From contig OY761541.1 of the NCBI GenBank assembly GCA_963664625.1, positions 2,059,670 through 2,123,669 of the forward strand: a stretch of DNA of 64,000 nucleotides, in the 5' to 3' direction. Each line of letters opens with the position of its first letter. Position 1 is the first letter of the stretch. Made by a program: the position numbers and the translations under genes. Positions 28,406 through 37,683 of this stretch are shown piece by piece. This DNA is from Dehalococcoidia bacterium (lineage in GTDB: Bacteria; Chloroflexota; Dehalococcoidia; Lucifugimonadales; UBA3495). The notes beneath the pieces were generated by a model. It did not search any database, was not told the DNA's origin, and worked only from the letters and a program-made list of their open reading frames with translations.

Positions 28406-29182
28406 TTGCCGCGTCTCGTCCTCTCCCTGGTCATGCTGTTGTCCGTAACCGCGCTGGCAGCCTGCAACGAGGGTGCGGCAGTTACCGCCCCGGACCAGGT
28501 AGCGACCGCTGCCAGGGAGACTCCCGAAACAATTCGTTATCCGGCAACGGCGACTCTCGTAGCCTCTACTTTTACGCCCACTCCCGCCGGATCTACGGCA
28601 ATGGTCCAACCCGCCAGTGTGTCTCCGACGGCGACGGCTCAACCAGCCAAAGTACCCGCCACGTCAACCGCTCAACCCACCAACATGCTCCCAACAGCAA
28701 CAGTCTCCAATACACCCACCGCTCTTCCACCAACCCCTGCCATAGTGGAGACGCCAACGGAGCAACCAACTCCCGTCATCGACGCCCCGGTTGTAACCGT
28801 AGGAGACACGTCCTTCGTGGTGGAATTGGCTGTTACTCCCGCGGAACGCAATCAGGGACTCTCTGGCCACCCGCCGCTCGCCGACAATGAGGGGATGTTG
28901 TTCGTCTTTGAGAACGAGGCCAAGTGGACCTTCTGGATGAAGGAGATGCTGTTTCCGTTGGACATGCTCTGGATTGATGCCCGGTGCACGGTGGTAGACA
29001 TAACCGAAAACGCGCCCAAGCCCGAGTCTGGACAGGCGTTGGGAGACCTGCCGCGTTTCTTTCCGAAAACACTGGCGCAATACGTGCTGGAGGTCAACGC
29101 GGGCACAGCCCAACGGACCGGCATCGCCATCGGTGACCAAGTGTCTTTCGGCGGCAGTCTGGACGGGCGATTTGGTTGCTGA
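28406..29182 (+). CDS. DUF192 domain lipoprotein with Thr/Pro/Ala-rich linker
   Basis: Lipobox LAAC, then a T/P/A-rich spacer. ERNQGLSGHPPLADNEGMLFVFENEAKWTFWMKEMLFPLDMLWID is the DUF192 pattern. TTG start. Confidence 0.65.
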   Translation: MPRLVLSLVMLLSVTALAACNEGAAVTAPDQVATAARETPETIRYPATATLVASTFTPTPAGSTAMVQPASVSPTATAQPAKVPATSTAQPTNMLPTATVSNTPTALPPTPAIVETPTEQPTPVIDAPVVTVGDTSFVVELAVTPAERNQGLSGHPPLADNEGMLFVFENEAKWTFWMKEMLFPLDMLWIDARCTVVDITENAPKPESGQALGDLPRFFPKTLAQYVLEVNAGTAQRTGIAIGDQVSFGGSLDGRFGC

Positions 29183-29251
29183 TAACCTGTGTCTGGCATA
29201 ATGCCTGCAACACTTGGAGACTATCCCCGAATGCGCCGTACTACTAGCCCT

Positions 29252-29316
29252 GCCATTCCCGCCTTCGCGGGAATCTATACCGCTAGCCTTGTCATTCCCG
29301 CGAAGGCGGGAATCCA
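29252..29316. repeat. pair of REP-like hairpins with opposite loop orientation
   Basis: gccattcccgccttcgcgggaatc ... gtcattcccgcgaaggcgggaatcca. Confidence 0.85.
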
Positions 29317-29382
29317 TTCGAGGTAGTTTCATATAAGCCAATGTCATCGTCATCCCATATCTCTGAGAACGGAACGGTATTC

Positions 29383-30312
29383 ATGGACATTCTGGTATCC
29401 GGGTCCTTAGCCTACGACCGAATCATGGAGTATCACGGCAAGTTCGCCGATCACTTGGTGGCTGACAGGCTGGACGAGGTCAACATCAGCTTCACCGTGG
29501 CGGGACTCACCGAGAACCTGGGCGGCACGGCCGGCAACATCGCCTACTCCCTGTCTCTCTTGGGGGAGAAGCCGACCATCCTGGGTACGGTGGGGCTGGA
29601 CTATCACCGTTACTTCGAGTGGCTGGAGCAGTGCGGCATCTCCTCCGCTGCCATCCGCGTCATCCCGGAGGTGTTCACCGCGTCCGCCTTCATCACCACC
29701 GACGAAACCAACAACCAGATAACGGCCTTCAACCCCGGCGCCATGATGTTCCCTTCCGAGGGAGACTTCAGCGCCGTAGACTCTTCCCAGAGCATTGCCA
29801 TCATTGCCCCGGGCAACCTGCAGGACATGTCCGAATACGCCCAACGCTACCGGGATATGGGCATATTCTCCATATTCGACCCTGGGCAGTCGCTGCCCGT
29901 TTGGAACGGCGCGGACTTGGCCCAAGCCATCGGACATTGCGACGTGCTGGTGTCCAACGATTATGAGCTGGCCATGATTGCCCAGTCCACCGGATTGACG
30001 GCCAGTGACCTGTTGGAGAAAGTGGACACCGTCATAACCACCAAGGGCGATCAAGGGTGCGAAATCGTGACCCGGACCGGCTCGGTTACGGTGCCTCCGG
30101 TCCCCACCGGCAACGTTTTAGACCCGACCGGTGCCGGGGACGCTTTCCGGGGAGGACTGATCAAGGGCCTGATTAATGGCGAGTCCATGCAACGCTGCGT
30201 GGAAATGGGCACGGTATGCGCCCACTACGCCATACAACAGTTTGGCACACAGACCTACACTTATACGATGGACGAGTTCACCGGCGTCCTGGACCGTCAT
30301 TTTGGAGGTTGA
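29383..30312 (+). CDS. PfkB-family carbohydrate/nucleoside kinase
   Basis: DPTGAGDAFRGG motif. The start is ATG 29383 (MDILVSGS) or 29341. Confidence 0.8.
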   Translation: MDILVSGSLAYDRIMEYHGKFADHLVADRLDEVNISFTVAGLTENLGGTAGNIAYSLSLLGEKPTILGTVGLDYHRYFEWLEQCGISSAAIRVIPEVFTASAFITTDETNNQITAFNPGAMMFPSEGDFSAVDSSQSIAIIAPGNLQDMSEYAQRYRDMGIFSIFDPGQSLPVWNGADLAQAIGHCDVLVSNDYELAMIAQSTGLTASDLLEKVDTVITTKGDQGCEIVTRTGSVTVPPVPTGNVLDPTGAGDAFRGGLIKGLINGESMQRCVEMGTVCAHYAIQQFGTQTYTYTMDEFTGVLDRHFGG

Positions 30313-30330
30313 CCCGGCCGGGCCGTCGCA

Positions 30331-31125
30331 CTAATTCTGCAAACGCCTTATCTCAGCTTCCAGTTCTCTCACCCGCTCCTCGGCAGCCAAGCGGGCTCTG
30401 CGCTCCGTTTCTCGCTCAATCAGGGCGGCATCCCGCTCCATTTGGGCGGCGATGCGCTCTTCATCCGTTTCGTCAAAGGTCAACAGGTAACGCTGGGCCA
30501 CCGGGTCATACCACCGAAGCCGTTGGTTCTCCCAGCAGATGTCCAGTCCCAGGACCGCACTGCGTCCCCAATAGTGAGTCCCGTCCACTTTGACGATGCT
30601 GATGGGCTGATATACTTCACCCACCAACCGGTCTCCAGCTAGGTGTGTTCCATAATATCGGCCTCCCGACGGGTCAAAGCGCCAGTATTCGGGTATGCCA
30701 AAAGCGGCATAGTCGTTCCTCTTATCCCCGATGTCATTCTGCGCGGTACTGTGGGAGGCTATTTCCAGCACGAAATCGGGGGGCTTGTCCCACTCCGCTA
30801 TTGAGTAGCCCCGGTCCGCTATGATCTTGTTCGGGTCTACGTCGAAGGCAACGAGCAGATCAGGGGTCCGCAGGCCTTGCCGCTGTCGTATATCCCGGCC
30901 GACAGGAACTTCACCCAGCACGATAGTTGTATCCGGTGCGTCAAAGTGCAAGCTCAAGGCGGCCAGATGACCCGGGCGGTGAAGATAGATAGGGTTCTGC
31001 ATATCGCCCCTTGGAGGAAACACCGGGAATAAGCCGTCTCCCGGATCGAAAGGTTTTTCCGAAGGCTGCGTGAATTCGCCGCCGGGTCCGACAACCGGCT
31101 TTCGTGGCATTGATCTGCTGGTCAT
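30331..31125 (-). CDS. Uma2 (DUF820) family endonuclease with C-terminal coiled coil
   Basis: PDLLVAFDVDP...PDFVLEIASHST...YAAFGIPEYWRFDP, with C-terminal ...RVRELEAEIRRLQN. Confidence 0.75.
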   Translation of the reverse strand: MTSRSMPRKPVVGPGGEFTQPSEKPFDPGDGLFPVFPPRGDMQNPIYLHRPGHLAALSLHFDAPDTTIVLGEVPVGRDIRQRQGLRTPDLLVAFDVDPNKIIADRGYSIAEWDKPPDFVLEIASHSTAQNDIGDKRNDYAAFGIPEYWRFDPSGGRYYGTHLAGDRLVGEVYQPISIVKVDGTHYWGRSAVLGLDICWENQRLRWYDPVAQRYLLTFDETDEERIAAQMERDAALIERETERRARLAAEERVRELEAEIRRLQN

Positions 31126-31313
31126 GGCGATACTCCTGCGGCCGGGTGCGACGGAGATATGGCGCGGTCGCTAACGGGTATTATACGTCAGGCAAGCCCG
31201 TTCATACCTGTACAGAATCGGACGGTGTTCTATACACGTAAAATTGTTCGTAATTCACTTTGCCAGTGCAAGGTAATGACGCCCGATGGACATAGGATGC
31301 GTTTCCCTCAAGG

Positions 31314-31342
31314 TTGACGGTACATAACACAGCAACTATCAT
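31314..31342 (+). promoter_or_regulatory. sigma70-like promoter candidate (TTGACG-17-TATCAT)
   Basis: About 60 nt upstream of ATG 31406. It has the same -10 hexamer as the candidate at 61990. Confidence 0.3.
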
Positions 31343-31405
31343 CGGGCAGCGTGGCGCGTCCGGCGCTTCACAGAGTCTCGGTAACAAACGGAGAGAAGAA
31401 TCAAT

Positions 31406-33046
31406 ATGAACGTAAACGAAGCGGTAGCCCGCATTCTGAAGATAGAGGGCGTGGACTGGGTATCCTGTTTCCCTTCCAACCTGCTCATTGAAGCGGTGGC
31501 GAAGGAGGGCATCCGCACCGTGATGTTCCGGCAGGAACGCGGCGCGTTGATGGCCGCCGACGGCTACAGCCGGATGCACGACCGGCAGCGGTTCGGCGTG
31601 ACCATTACCCAGGGCGGCCCCGGATCGGAGAATTCCATGGGGGGCATAGCTCAAGCGTTCAGCGACAACGTTCCGATACTTTATCTACCCGGTGGCCCGG
31701 CCTTGAACCAGTACGCCGTGCGGCCGAATTTCTCCCCGGCCCGCACCTACCAGACGGTGTCCAAGTCTGCTGAAGTCATCACCCAGCCGTCCCAGGTCGC
31801 CAGCGTCATGCGTCGGGCCTTCCACAACCTTCGCAATGGGCGGCCCGGCCCGGTAATCGTGGAAATTCCCGCCGATGTGGGGGGCCAGGAAATCCCAGAC
31901 GACGCTCTCAACTACCAGCCCCCCAAGAGGTTCGTCCAAGCCCCCTCTTCCGGCGACGTGAAAGAAGGGGTCAAAGTGCTGCTGGGGGCGCAGAAGCCGG
32001 TTATCTGGTCCGGAATGGGAGTGCTGTTCGCCGGCGCCACCGAGGAACTGAGGGAACTGGCCGAACTGACCGAGATACCGGTGTACTGCACCATGCCCGG
32101 CAAGTCTTCCTTCGACGAGCGGCATCCCTTGGCCTTGGGGGCGGGGAGCAGTTCCACTACGTTGCCCGCCCGCCGGTGGCTGCAGGAGTCGGACGTGCTG
32201 TTCGCCGTGGGTTCCAGCATGACCAGGACCAGCTACGGGCAGCCTATACCGAATGGCAAGATCATTATCCACAATGCCGAGAGCATAGAGGACCTGAATA
32301 AGGACTTCTCTGTTGACGTAGGTCTGCCCGGAGACGCCAAGCTGGCCCTTCAAGCGATGATCGAAGAGGTGAAGGCCCAGACGGGAGACAACGGCCGCAA
32401 GGGTCAGACCAACGTCGCCAAGGAAATCGCCGAGCTTCGGGAGCAGTGGATGTCCGAATGGAATGCCATCCTGAACTCGGAAGAGGTGCCTATCAATACC
32501 TATCGGGTCATTGGGGAGTTGAAGGCCAACCTGGACTTGGAGAACAGCATCGTCACCCATGATGCCGGCGCGCCCCGTGACACCATCATGCCCTTCTACC
32601 CCGGCACCGTACCCCACAGCTACATTGGCTGGGGCAAGACCACCCACTTGGGCTACGGCATACCCTTGATGATCGGGGCCAAGCTGGCCAAGCCGGACAA
32701 GTTCTGCCTTAACTTCATGGGAGACGGCGCGTTTGGCATGTCGGGTCTGGATATCGAGACATCGGTGCGTGCGGGAGCGCCCATCACCACCATCGTCCTG
32801 AACAACGGGGGCATGGCCACCTATCCGGGAGGCTACCCTACGGCGGCCGACCTGTTTGGGGCCACCCACATGACCGGGGACTACTCCAAGATAGCCGAGG
32901 GAATGGGCGCCGTGGGCATAACCGTGACCCAGCCGTCGGAAGTGGGACCCGCCCTCAAAAGGGCACAGCAATTGAACGCCGACGGCAGGACGGTGCTGCT
33001 GGATATTCATACCAACCTGGAGGCCCGCCGGTCCAACTTTTCCTAG
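31406..33046 (+). CDS. thiamine diphosphate-dependent enzyme (acetolactate synthase-like family)
   Basis: 546 aa with the three-domain ThDP layout. FMGDGAFGMSG...NNGG is the ThDP-binding motif. Confidence 0.8.
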   Translation: MNVNEAVARILKIEGVDWVSCFPSNLLIEAVAKEGIRTVMFRQERGALMAADGYSRMHDRQRFGVTITQGGPGSENSMGGIAQAFSDNVPILYLPGGPALNQYAVRPNFSPARTYQTVSKSAEVITQPSQVASVMRRAFHNLRNGRPGPVIVEIPADVGGQEIPDDALNYQPPKRFVQAPSSGDVKEGVKVLLGAQKPVIWSGMGVLFAGATEELRELAELTEIPVYCTMPGKSSFDERHPLALGAGSSSTTLPARRWLQESDVLFAVGSSMTRTSYGQPIPNGKIIIHNAESIEDLNKDFSVDVGLPGDAKLALQAMIEEVKAQTGDNGRKGQTNVAKEIAELREQWMSEWNAILNSEEVPINTYRVIGELKANLDLENSIVTHDAGAPRDTIMPFYPGTVPHSYIGWGKTTHLGYGIPLMIGAKLAKPDKFCLNFMGDGAFGMSGLDIETSVRAGAPITTIVLNNGGMATYPGGYPTAADLFGATHMTGDYSKIAEGMGAVGITVTQPSEVGPALKRAQQLNADGRTVLLDIHTNLEARRSNFS

Positions 33047-33206
33047 ACGACGCGAATTTTATGCCCCGCCTTACCACGACCTGGGAGGGGTTGGTATACG
33101 GTTCCAATCGAGGACTGACGACTGTATTATTTGCTGACGTAGCTGGTTACCGAGCAACTCATTCAGGTTGTGTTGCCAGCGTCCAGCATCTTAAGGACTG
33201 CGAACT

Positions 33207-33953
33207 ATGACAACCAGTGAATCAGGGGGGGCTGTTGACACGAACGCCCTTTTGCTCGCTATTGGCCGGATGCAATCCGACTTCGCCACGCTTATCGAGG
33301 GTCAGCGGACACTGCGGTCTGACTTTCAAGAGGGATTTACGCTGCTAAGGACCGAAATCGGGGAAGTGCGGACGGAATTAAAGGCCGACATTGCCGAGGT
33401 ACGGACGGAGTTAAAGGCCGACATTGCCGAGGTGCGGACGGAGTTAAAGGCCGACATTGCCGAGGTGCGGACGGAACTAAAGGCCGATATTGCCGAGGTG
33501 CGGACGGAACTAAAGGCCGATATTGCCGAGGTGCGGACGGAACTAAAGGCCGAAATAGACGAGGTACGCACCGAGTTAAAGGCTGAAATAGATGAGGTGC
33601 GGACGGAGTTAAAGGCTGAAATAGGTGAAGTTCGCACGGAAATAGGCGAGGTGCGCACCGAGTTAAAGGCTGACATTGCCGGAGTGCGAAAGGAACTAAA
33701 GGCCGACATTACCGACGTTAGAAGAGAGACTGTGGCGACGCGGATGGAACTAAAGGCCGACATTGCTGACGTTAGAAGAGAGACTGTGGCGACGCGGATG
33801 GAACTAGGAGGCGAAGTGGCGGACGTGAGGATGGAGTCAATAAACCAAACGGATAGGACCACCCGGAGAATTGACCGTCTGTACTATGGTTTTCTGGCTA
33901 TGAGTGGAGCGTTGGCGGTTGCCATTATCGTTGGTAGCTTCATTCAAGGATAG
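33207..33953 (+). CDS. tail-anchored coiled-coil protein with 11-residue tandem repeats (DUF1640-like, inference)
   Basis: EVRTELKADIA repeated about 11 times, with a C-terminal TM segment LYYGFLAMSGALAVAIIVGSF. Confidence 0.7.
   Translation: MTTSESGGAVDTNALLLAIGRMQSDFATLIEGQRTLRSDFQEGFTLLRTEIGEVRTELKADIAEVRTELKADIAEVRTELKADIAEVRTELKADIAEVRTELKADIAEVRTELKAEIDEVRTELKAEIDEVRTELKAEIGEVRTEIGEVRTELKADIAGVRKELKADITDVRRETVATRMELKADIADVRRETVATRMELGGEVADVRMESINQTDRTTRRIDRLYYGFLAMSGALAVAIIVGSFIQG
33363..33821 (+). repeat. 33-bp tandem repeat array (8 full units, one 21-bp unit, two more 33-bp units, two 54-bp units) within a CDS
   Basis: gag-gtg-cgg-acg-gaa-cta-aag-gcc-gat-att-gcc units. Some neighbouring units are near-identical at DNA level. 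Confidence 0.9.
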
Positions 33954-34026
33954 GAATGACCGATGTTTCACTCTCCGCACAGGCTTTAGGCTCTGATGCG
34001 GTGGGCACAGGCTTGGGTAAGTAACA

Positions 34027-35064
34027 GTGAGTCTCAACAACGTCGTCGACGCCATAGAGCTGATGTACGAGTCGGGCTGGACCGACGGGCTTCCCGTCGT
34101 GCCGCCGACGCAAGAGCGGGTGAAACAGTTTACCGACTATATGCACCCGCGCCAGCCCGATGACCTGATCGCCGAAGTGCCTCCCTTGGGAGGGCGGGCT
34201 ACCTTGGAACGGGTGGCGGTCAACGCGGTCATGGCCGGCTGCCTGCCGGAGCACATGCCCGTGATCATCACGGCGATCGAGGCGCTGCTGGACGACAGGT
34301 TCAACCTGCGGGGTGTCCAGTGCTCTACGGGGATTCATACGCCATTGGTCATCGTCAACGGGCCTGTTGCCAAGCAGTTGAACATCAACTCCGGGTACAA
34401 CTGTTTCGGACAGGGTTGGCGGGCCAACGCCACCATTGGCCGCGCCGTCAAGCTGGTTTTGGTCAACCTGGGCGGCGCGGTCCCGGGCCAGACCAATAAG
34501 GCGACCTTCGGCCACCCTGGTGCATACACCTACTGCGTGGCCGAGGCGGAAGACTCCAATCCTTGGGAGCCGTTGCACGTAGAACTGGGATTCGACGCAT
34601 CCGACAGCACGGTGGCAGTGTTCCCCGGTGAAGCACCCCACAACGTTATGTACCACGCCGCGGACCCCCGAGACTTTCTTACCGTGCTTGCCGATACCAT
34701 GTGTACTCTTGGCAACGTTCAGATGTACGTCATGGGCGGCACGTTGGTGGTGATTGGGCCGGAACACGCTCGTTTCCTGTCCGCCGGAGGTTGGAGCAAA
34801 CGAGACGTTCGCGCCTTTTTGTATGAACACGCCCGGAGGCCGGTTGGTCTGCTGCGCCGGGGCGGTCCTCCGCAGGGCGACTCTCAGAGAGCATTCCTGT
34901 GGCCCAAGTTCGTCGATCCCTCGGACGACTCCCAACCGGTCCCGGTGGTCCGACGCCCGGAGGACATCCACATCATGGTGGCCGGCGGGCAGGGAGGCCC
35001 TCACTCCACCTACATTCCCGGATGGGGCTCAAGGCTGGTTATCAGGAAGATTCAGGACACTTAA
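34027..35064 (+). CDS. conserved hypothetical protein (GWTDGLPVVPPT motif) immediately upstream of the selenoprotein candidate
   Basis: 345 aa with coding-like composition. The GTG start is uncertain. Only 11 nt separate it from the next gene. Confidence 0.6.
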   Translation: MSLNNVVDAIELMYESGWTDGLPVVPPTQERVKQFTDYMHPRQPDDLIAEVPPLGGRATLERVAVNAVMAGCLPEHMPVIITAIEALLDDRFNLRGVQCSTGIHTPLVIVNGPVAKQLNINSGYNCFGQGWRANATIGRAVKLVLVNLGGAVPGQTNKATFGHPGAYTYCVAEAEDSNPWEPLHVELGFDASDSTVAVFPGEAPHNVMYHAADPRDFLTVLADTMCTLGNVQMYVMGGTLVVIGPEHARFLSAGGWSKRDVRAFLYEHARRPVGLLRRGGPPQGDSQRAFLWPKFVDPSDDSQPVPVVRRPEDIHIMVAGGQGGPHSTYIPGWGSRLVIRKIQDT

Positions 35065-35075
35065 AGGAGGCATCT

Positions 35076-35645
35076 ATGACCATGATGCCCGCGTCCGGCG
35101 TACAGGACCGGCTGCAACAAATGGGTATTCTAGTCCCGGTGGATGAGGAGGCGTTTCATAGGTGGAACCCCGCCGACCGCCTTTCGGGTCTTCACGGCAA
35201 GGTCGGCGGCTTTCTGGGGAACCGGAAGGCGAACGCCAACACATTGCTGCTTGGCATTAAAGAGGCCCTTGAAAAGCAATTCGAACTCAGCGACGCGCTG
35301 GTCATGGACAAGTTCATCTATTCCAGACCCGCCGCCGACGGTGTAATCGACGCCCTGGCTGACAGGTGCGACTTCGTGGTTACCGCCATTGCCGATTGAG
35401 GGTCCTGCACGTCGTGCAGTGTGCACGACGCCATGACCCTGGAGAACCGGGGCATCCCCACCGTGGTGGTATGCACCGGCCCCTTCATCGACTCGGCCCA
35501 CGTTCACGCGCGGATGCTTGGCCGCACCGGGTTTCAGCCGGTGTCCATCCCCCACCCTCTCGGAGGTCTCAACTCCGAAGGGGTCAGGCAACGAGTGGCC
35601 GTCGCCGAGGAACAGATTATCTCGGCGCTGACTACGCCGGCATAA
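35076..35645 (+). CDS. UGSC-motif (seleno)protein candidate; TGA 35397-35399 read as selenocysteine
   Basis: AAGGAGG lies 6 nt upstream of the ATG. Track ORFs 34899-35399 and 35421-35645 are in the same frame, separated only by the TGA. The readthrough gives ...VTAIAD-U-GSCTSCSVHDAMTLENRGIPTVVVCTGPF... A hairpin follows the TGA. Confidence 0.6.
35400..35439 (+). promoter_or_regulatory. SECIS-like hairpin candidate
   Basis: Lower stem gggtc/gaccc (35400-35404 and 35435-35439). Upper 9-bp perfect stem cgtcgtgca/tgcacgacg (35410-35418 and 35422-35430). The G-containing apical loop lies about 20 nt after the UGA. Confidence 0.5.
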
Positions 35646-35665
35646 GCATGGCGTAGTGGCTGCCC
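35559..35665 (+). repeat. 107-bp direct repeat, copy A (3' end of the UGSC gene)
   Basis: Matches 36355-36461 with 2 mismatches. Confidence 0.9.
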
Positions 35666-35688
35666 GATAACGGACCAGTGCCGTCGCG

Positions 35689-36021
35689 CTACATTATCAA
35701 CGTATCGATATTCGTACCCAGCTCTTCAGCGATCCGTGAGAGAGTCGGCATAGAGCCCGGTTTGAGACCGCGTTCTATCTCGGAAAGATAGCTTCGGCTG
35801 ATTCCGGTCTTTTGGGAAAGGTCGCGCAACGAGACGCCCAAGTGTTTCCTGAACGCGGCTAGCGGGCTCATTCCATCCATGACCAAGAGGGCCACTTCGT
35901 GAGGAATTCGGCTGCCGTCTTCCGCTTCCATAGCCGATAACTTGTCCTCAAGTTCCTCATTGCGTGAGACCAGAGCATCATATTCAGCGCGCGTCAGCGT
36001 GATTGTATCGGCATTAGTCAT
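35689..36021 (-). CDS. XRE-family HTH antitoxin
   Basis: LRDLSQKTGISRSYLSEIERGLKPGSMPTLSRIAEELG. Confidence 0.75.
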   Translation of the reverse strand: MTNADTITLTRAEYDALVSRNEELEDKLSAMEAEDGSRIPHEVALLVMDGMSPLAAFRKHLGVSLRDLSQKTGISRSYLSEIERGLKPGSMPTLSRIAEELGTNIDTLIM

Positions 36022-36292
36022 AGGACTCTCTCCGGTGCAACACTCTTCTTATTGCCATGATGACCGGCGTCTCATGTTCCAGCCTGAAGATTACCCGGTG
36101 GACGCCGAGCCTCATCCGCAGGCACTCGCTTCCGGAGACCGTCGTCAATTGGTTGGCCGGCGACGTGGGGTCGTCGGCATATTGTTCAATCTTGGCCACT
36201 ATGCGTTCGCGGTTCTGTGGTTCCAACCGGCACATGTCTTTTACTGCCCTGATTGACCATTCGATTCTTAGTTGACGACACACAAAGCACAT
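36014..36292 (-). CDS. RelE/ParE-family toxin
   Basis: IEWSIRAVKDMCRLEPQNRERIVAKIEQYADDP...LRMRLGVHRVIFRLEHETPVIMAIRRVLHRRESY. It overlaps the antitoxin by 8 nt. The start is uncertain (ATG 36292 or GTG 36283). Confidence 0.7.
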   Translation of the reverse strand: MCFVCRQLRIEWSIRAVKDMCRLEPQNRERIVAKIEQYADDPTSPANQLTTVSGSECLRMRLGVHRVIFRLEHETPVIMAIRRVLHRRESYD

Positions 36293-36354
36293 GTTCGCAA
36301 TTGGCGAACACCGTGTCAAGAAGGATATATTGGAGAGGGTGTAACCCTGACCCC

Positions 36355-36461
36355 CTCGGAGGTCTCAACTCCGAAGGGGTCAGGCAACGGGTGGCCGTCG
36401 CCGAGGAACAGATTATCTCGGCGTTGACTACGCCGGCATAAGCATGGCGTAGTGGCTGCCC
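36355..36461 (+). repeat. 107-bp direct repeat, copy B (3' end of the BNR-repeat gene)
   Basis: Matches 35559-35665 with 2 mismatches. Confidence 0.9.
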
Positions 36462-37495
36462 TTGGATATGGGCGGCAGGTTGTCGACGATTTGCGACCAA
36501 CTGTCGCCGCCGTCTTCGCTGCACCAGACCTCGCCGGAAGCGGTTGCGGCAAAGATTGAGAACGACTCGCCCCAGTCTTCCAGGCTCATGGCCTCTACGG
36601 CCGATTGCATCCGGTCCGGCAGCCCGTTTTGCAGGTGCTCCCACGTCCTGCCGCCGTCGGTGCTGCGAGATATGCGGCTTCCCGCGAAGTGGGTCTGGGG
36701 CCATGACCCGGGACCATATTGGGCGGCGGCCACGAATACCAGGTCGGGTTGACGCGGGTGCAGCACCAGCAGGTCCGGGTAGGCGCCAAGCTCGTGGTCG
36801 GTGGTTGCCCAGTGCTCCCAGGAATCGCCCCCGTCCGACGTAACGTACAACCCGTCGCCCCCGGTGATGTACATCCGGTCGGCATTCAACGGGTTTATCA
36901 CCGTGCGGTGAACGTCGTCGTCCATGCCCGGAATAGTCGTGAAGGTCTTGCCGCCGTCGACGCTCTTTTGTAGCCCGCCGACCTCGATGCCGATGAACAA
37001 CGTGTCCGGGTCGCCGGGATGGAAGTTAATGTGCTTGGTGTGGGCGATGTGGGGAGGGCCGGGGAAGTGCCACTTGGAAGTATCCACCGACCGCAACGCC
37101 GGAAGCTCGGCCCAATGTCTGCCAAGATCGTCGCTGTAGAACAGGTGGGCCGGTTGGGTGCCGGCGAATATTCTCACCTTGCCGTTGACGCGTTTGGCCG
37201 CAAGGCTGTAAACGTCGTGCTGGGTAATCCCATCGTCTCTCCGCTCCCAAGTCTGTCCTCCGTCCTCGCTAACGTACACGGTATCATGGGTAGCCCCCAC
37301 TACAATCGCGCCGCTCTCCGGTTCGACGATGACGGCGTGTATGTGCTTGTCGGGCAATGCCCGGTGGGTCTCAGTCCATCCGTCGCCATTCCGTTTCAGA
37401 AACGCCAAGCCGTCCTTGGTGCCTACCAGGACTTCGTCGGACCTGGACTTCGATGAAAAGATAGTGTCGCCGCCGTGGGATAGCGTTATAGCCAT
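36428..37495 (-). CDS. BNR/Asp-box repeat beta-propeller protein (sialidase-like fold)
   Basis: Six S-x-D-x-G-x-T/S-W boxes (SEDGGQTW, SDDLGRHW, SVDGGKTF, SDGGDSW, STDGGRTW, SEDGGDSW). Start moved to ATG 37495, preceded by AAGGAGG. Confidence 0.8.
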   Translation of the reverse strand: MAITLSHGGDTIFSSKSRSDEVLVGTKDGLAFLKRNGDGWTETHRALPDKHIHAVIVEPESGAIVVGATHDTVYVSEDGGQTWERRDDGITQHDVYSLAAKRVNGKVRIFAGTQPAHLFYSDDLGRHWAELPALRSVDTSKWHFPGPPHIAHTKHINFHPGDPDTLFIGIEVGGLQKSVDGGKTFTTIPGMDDDVHRTVINPLNADRMYITGGDGLYVTSDGGDSWEHWATTDHELGAYPDLLVLHPRQPDLVFVAAAQYGPGSWPQTHFAGSRISRSTDGGRTWEHLQNGLPDRMQSAVEAMSLEDWGESFSIFAATASGEVWCSEDGGDSWSQIVDNLPPISKGSHYAMLMPA

Positions 37496-37683
37496 CGAAT
37501 CCTCCTTGCTAAGACGGGCGATGCCCGCCACTGTATGCTTGTTGATGCAAGCATAGGTTGGTGAACTATGGGCGTCAATCCCGATAGTTCTTGGCGCCAC
37601 TGGCTCACCAGGGGGCTTGGCCGTGTTAAAATTGTGCAGTATAGCTTTGAACGCAGCTTTAGGGAGCGGCTTGGAGGTCATAC

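Noticed and set aside
33363-33821. 33-bp tandem repeats considered as a CRISPR or minisatellite outside genes
   Set aside because: The units are contiguous with no spacers and sit in frame within a 248-aa ORF that has a proper start and a C-terminal TM segment.
31685-35004. Antisense ORFs 31685-33010 (441 aa) and 33940-35004 (354 aa)
   Set aside because: They lie opposite strongly supported plus-strand genes (the ThDP enzyme and the GWTDGLPVVPPT protein). There are no motifs and the composition is that of a GC shadow.
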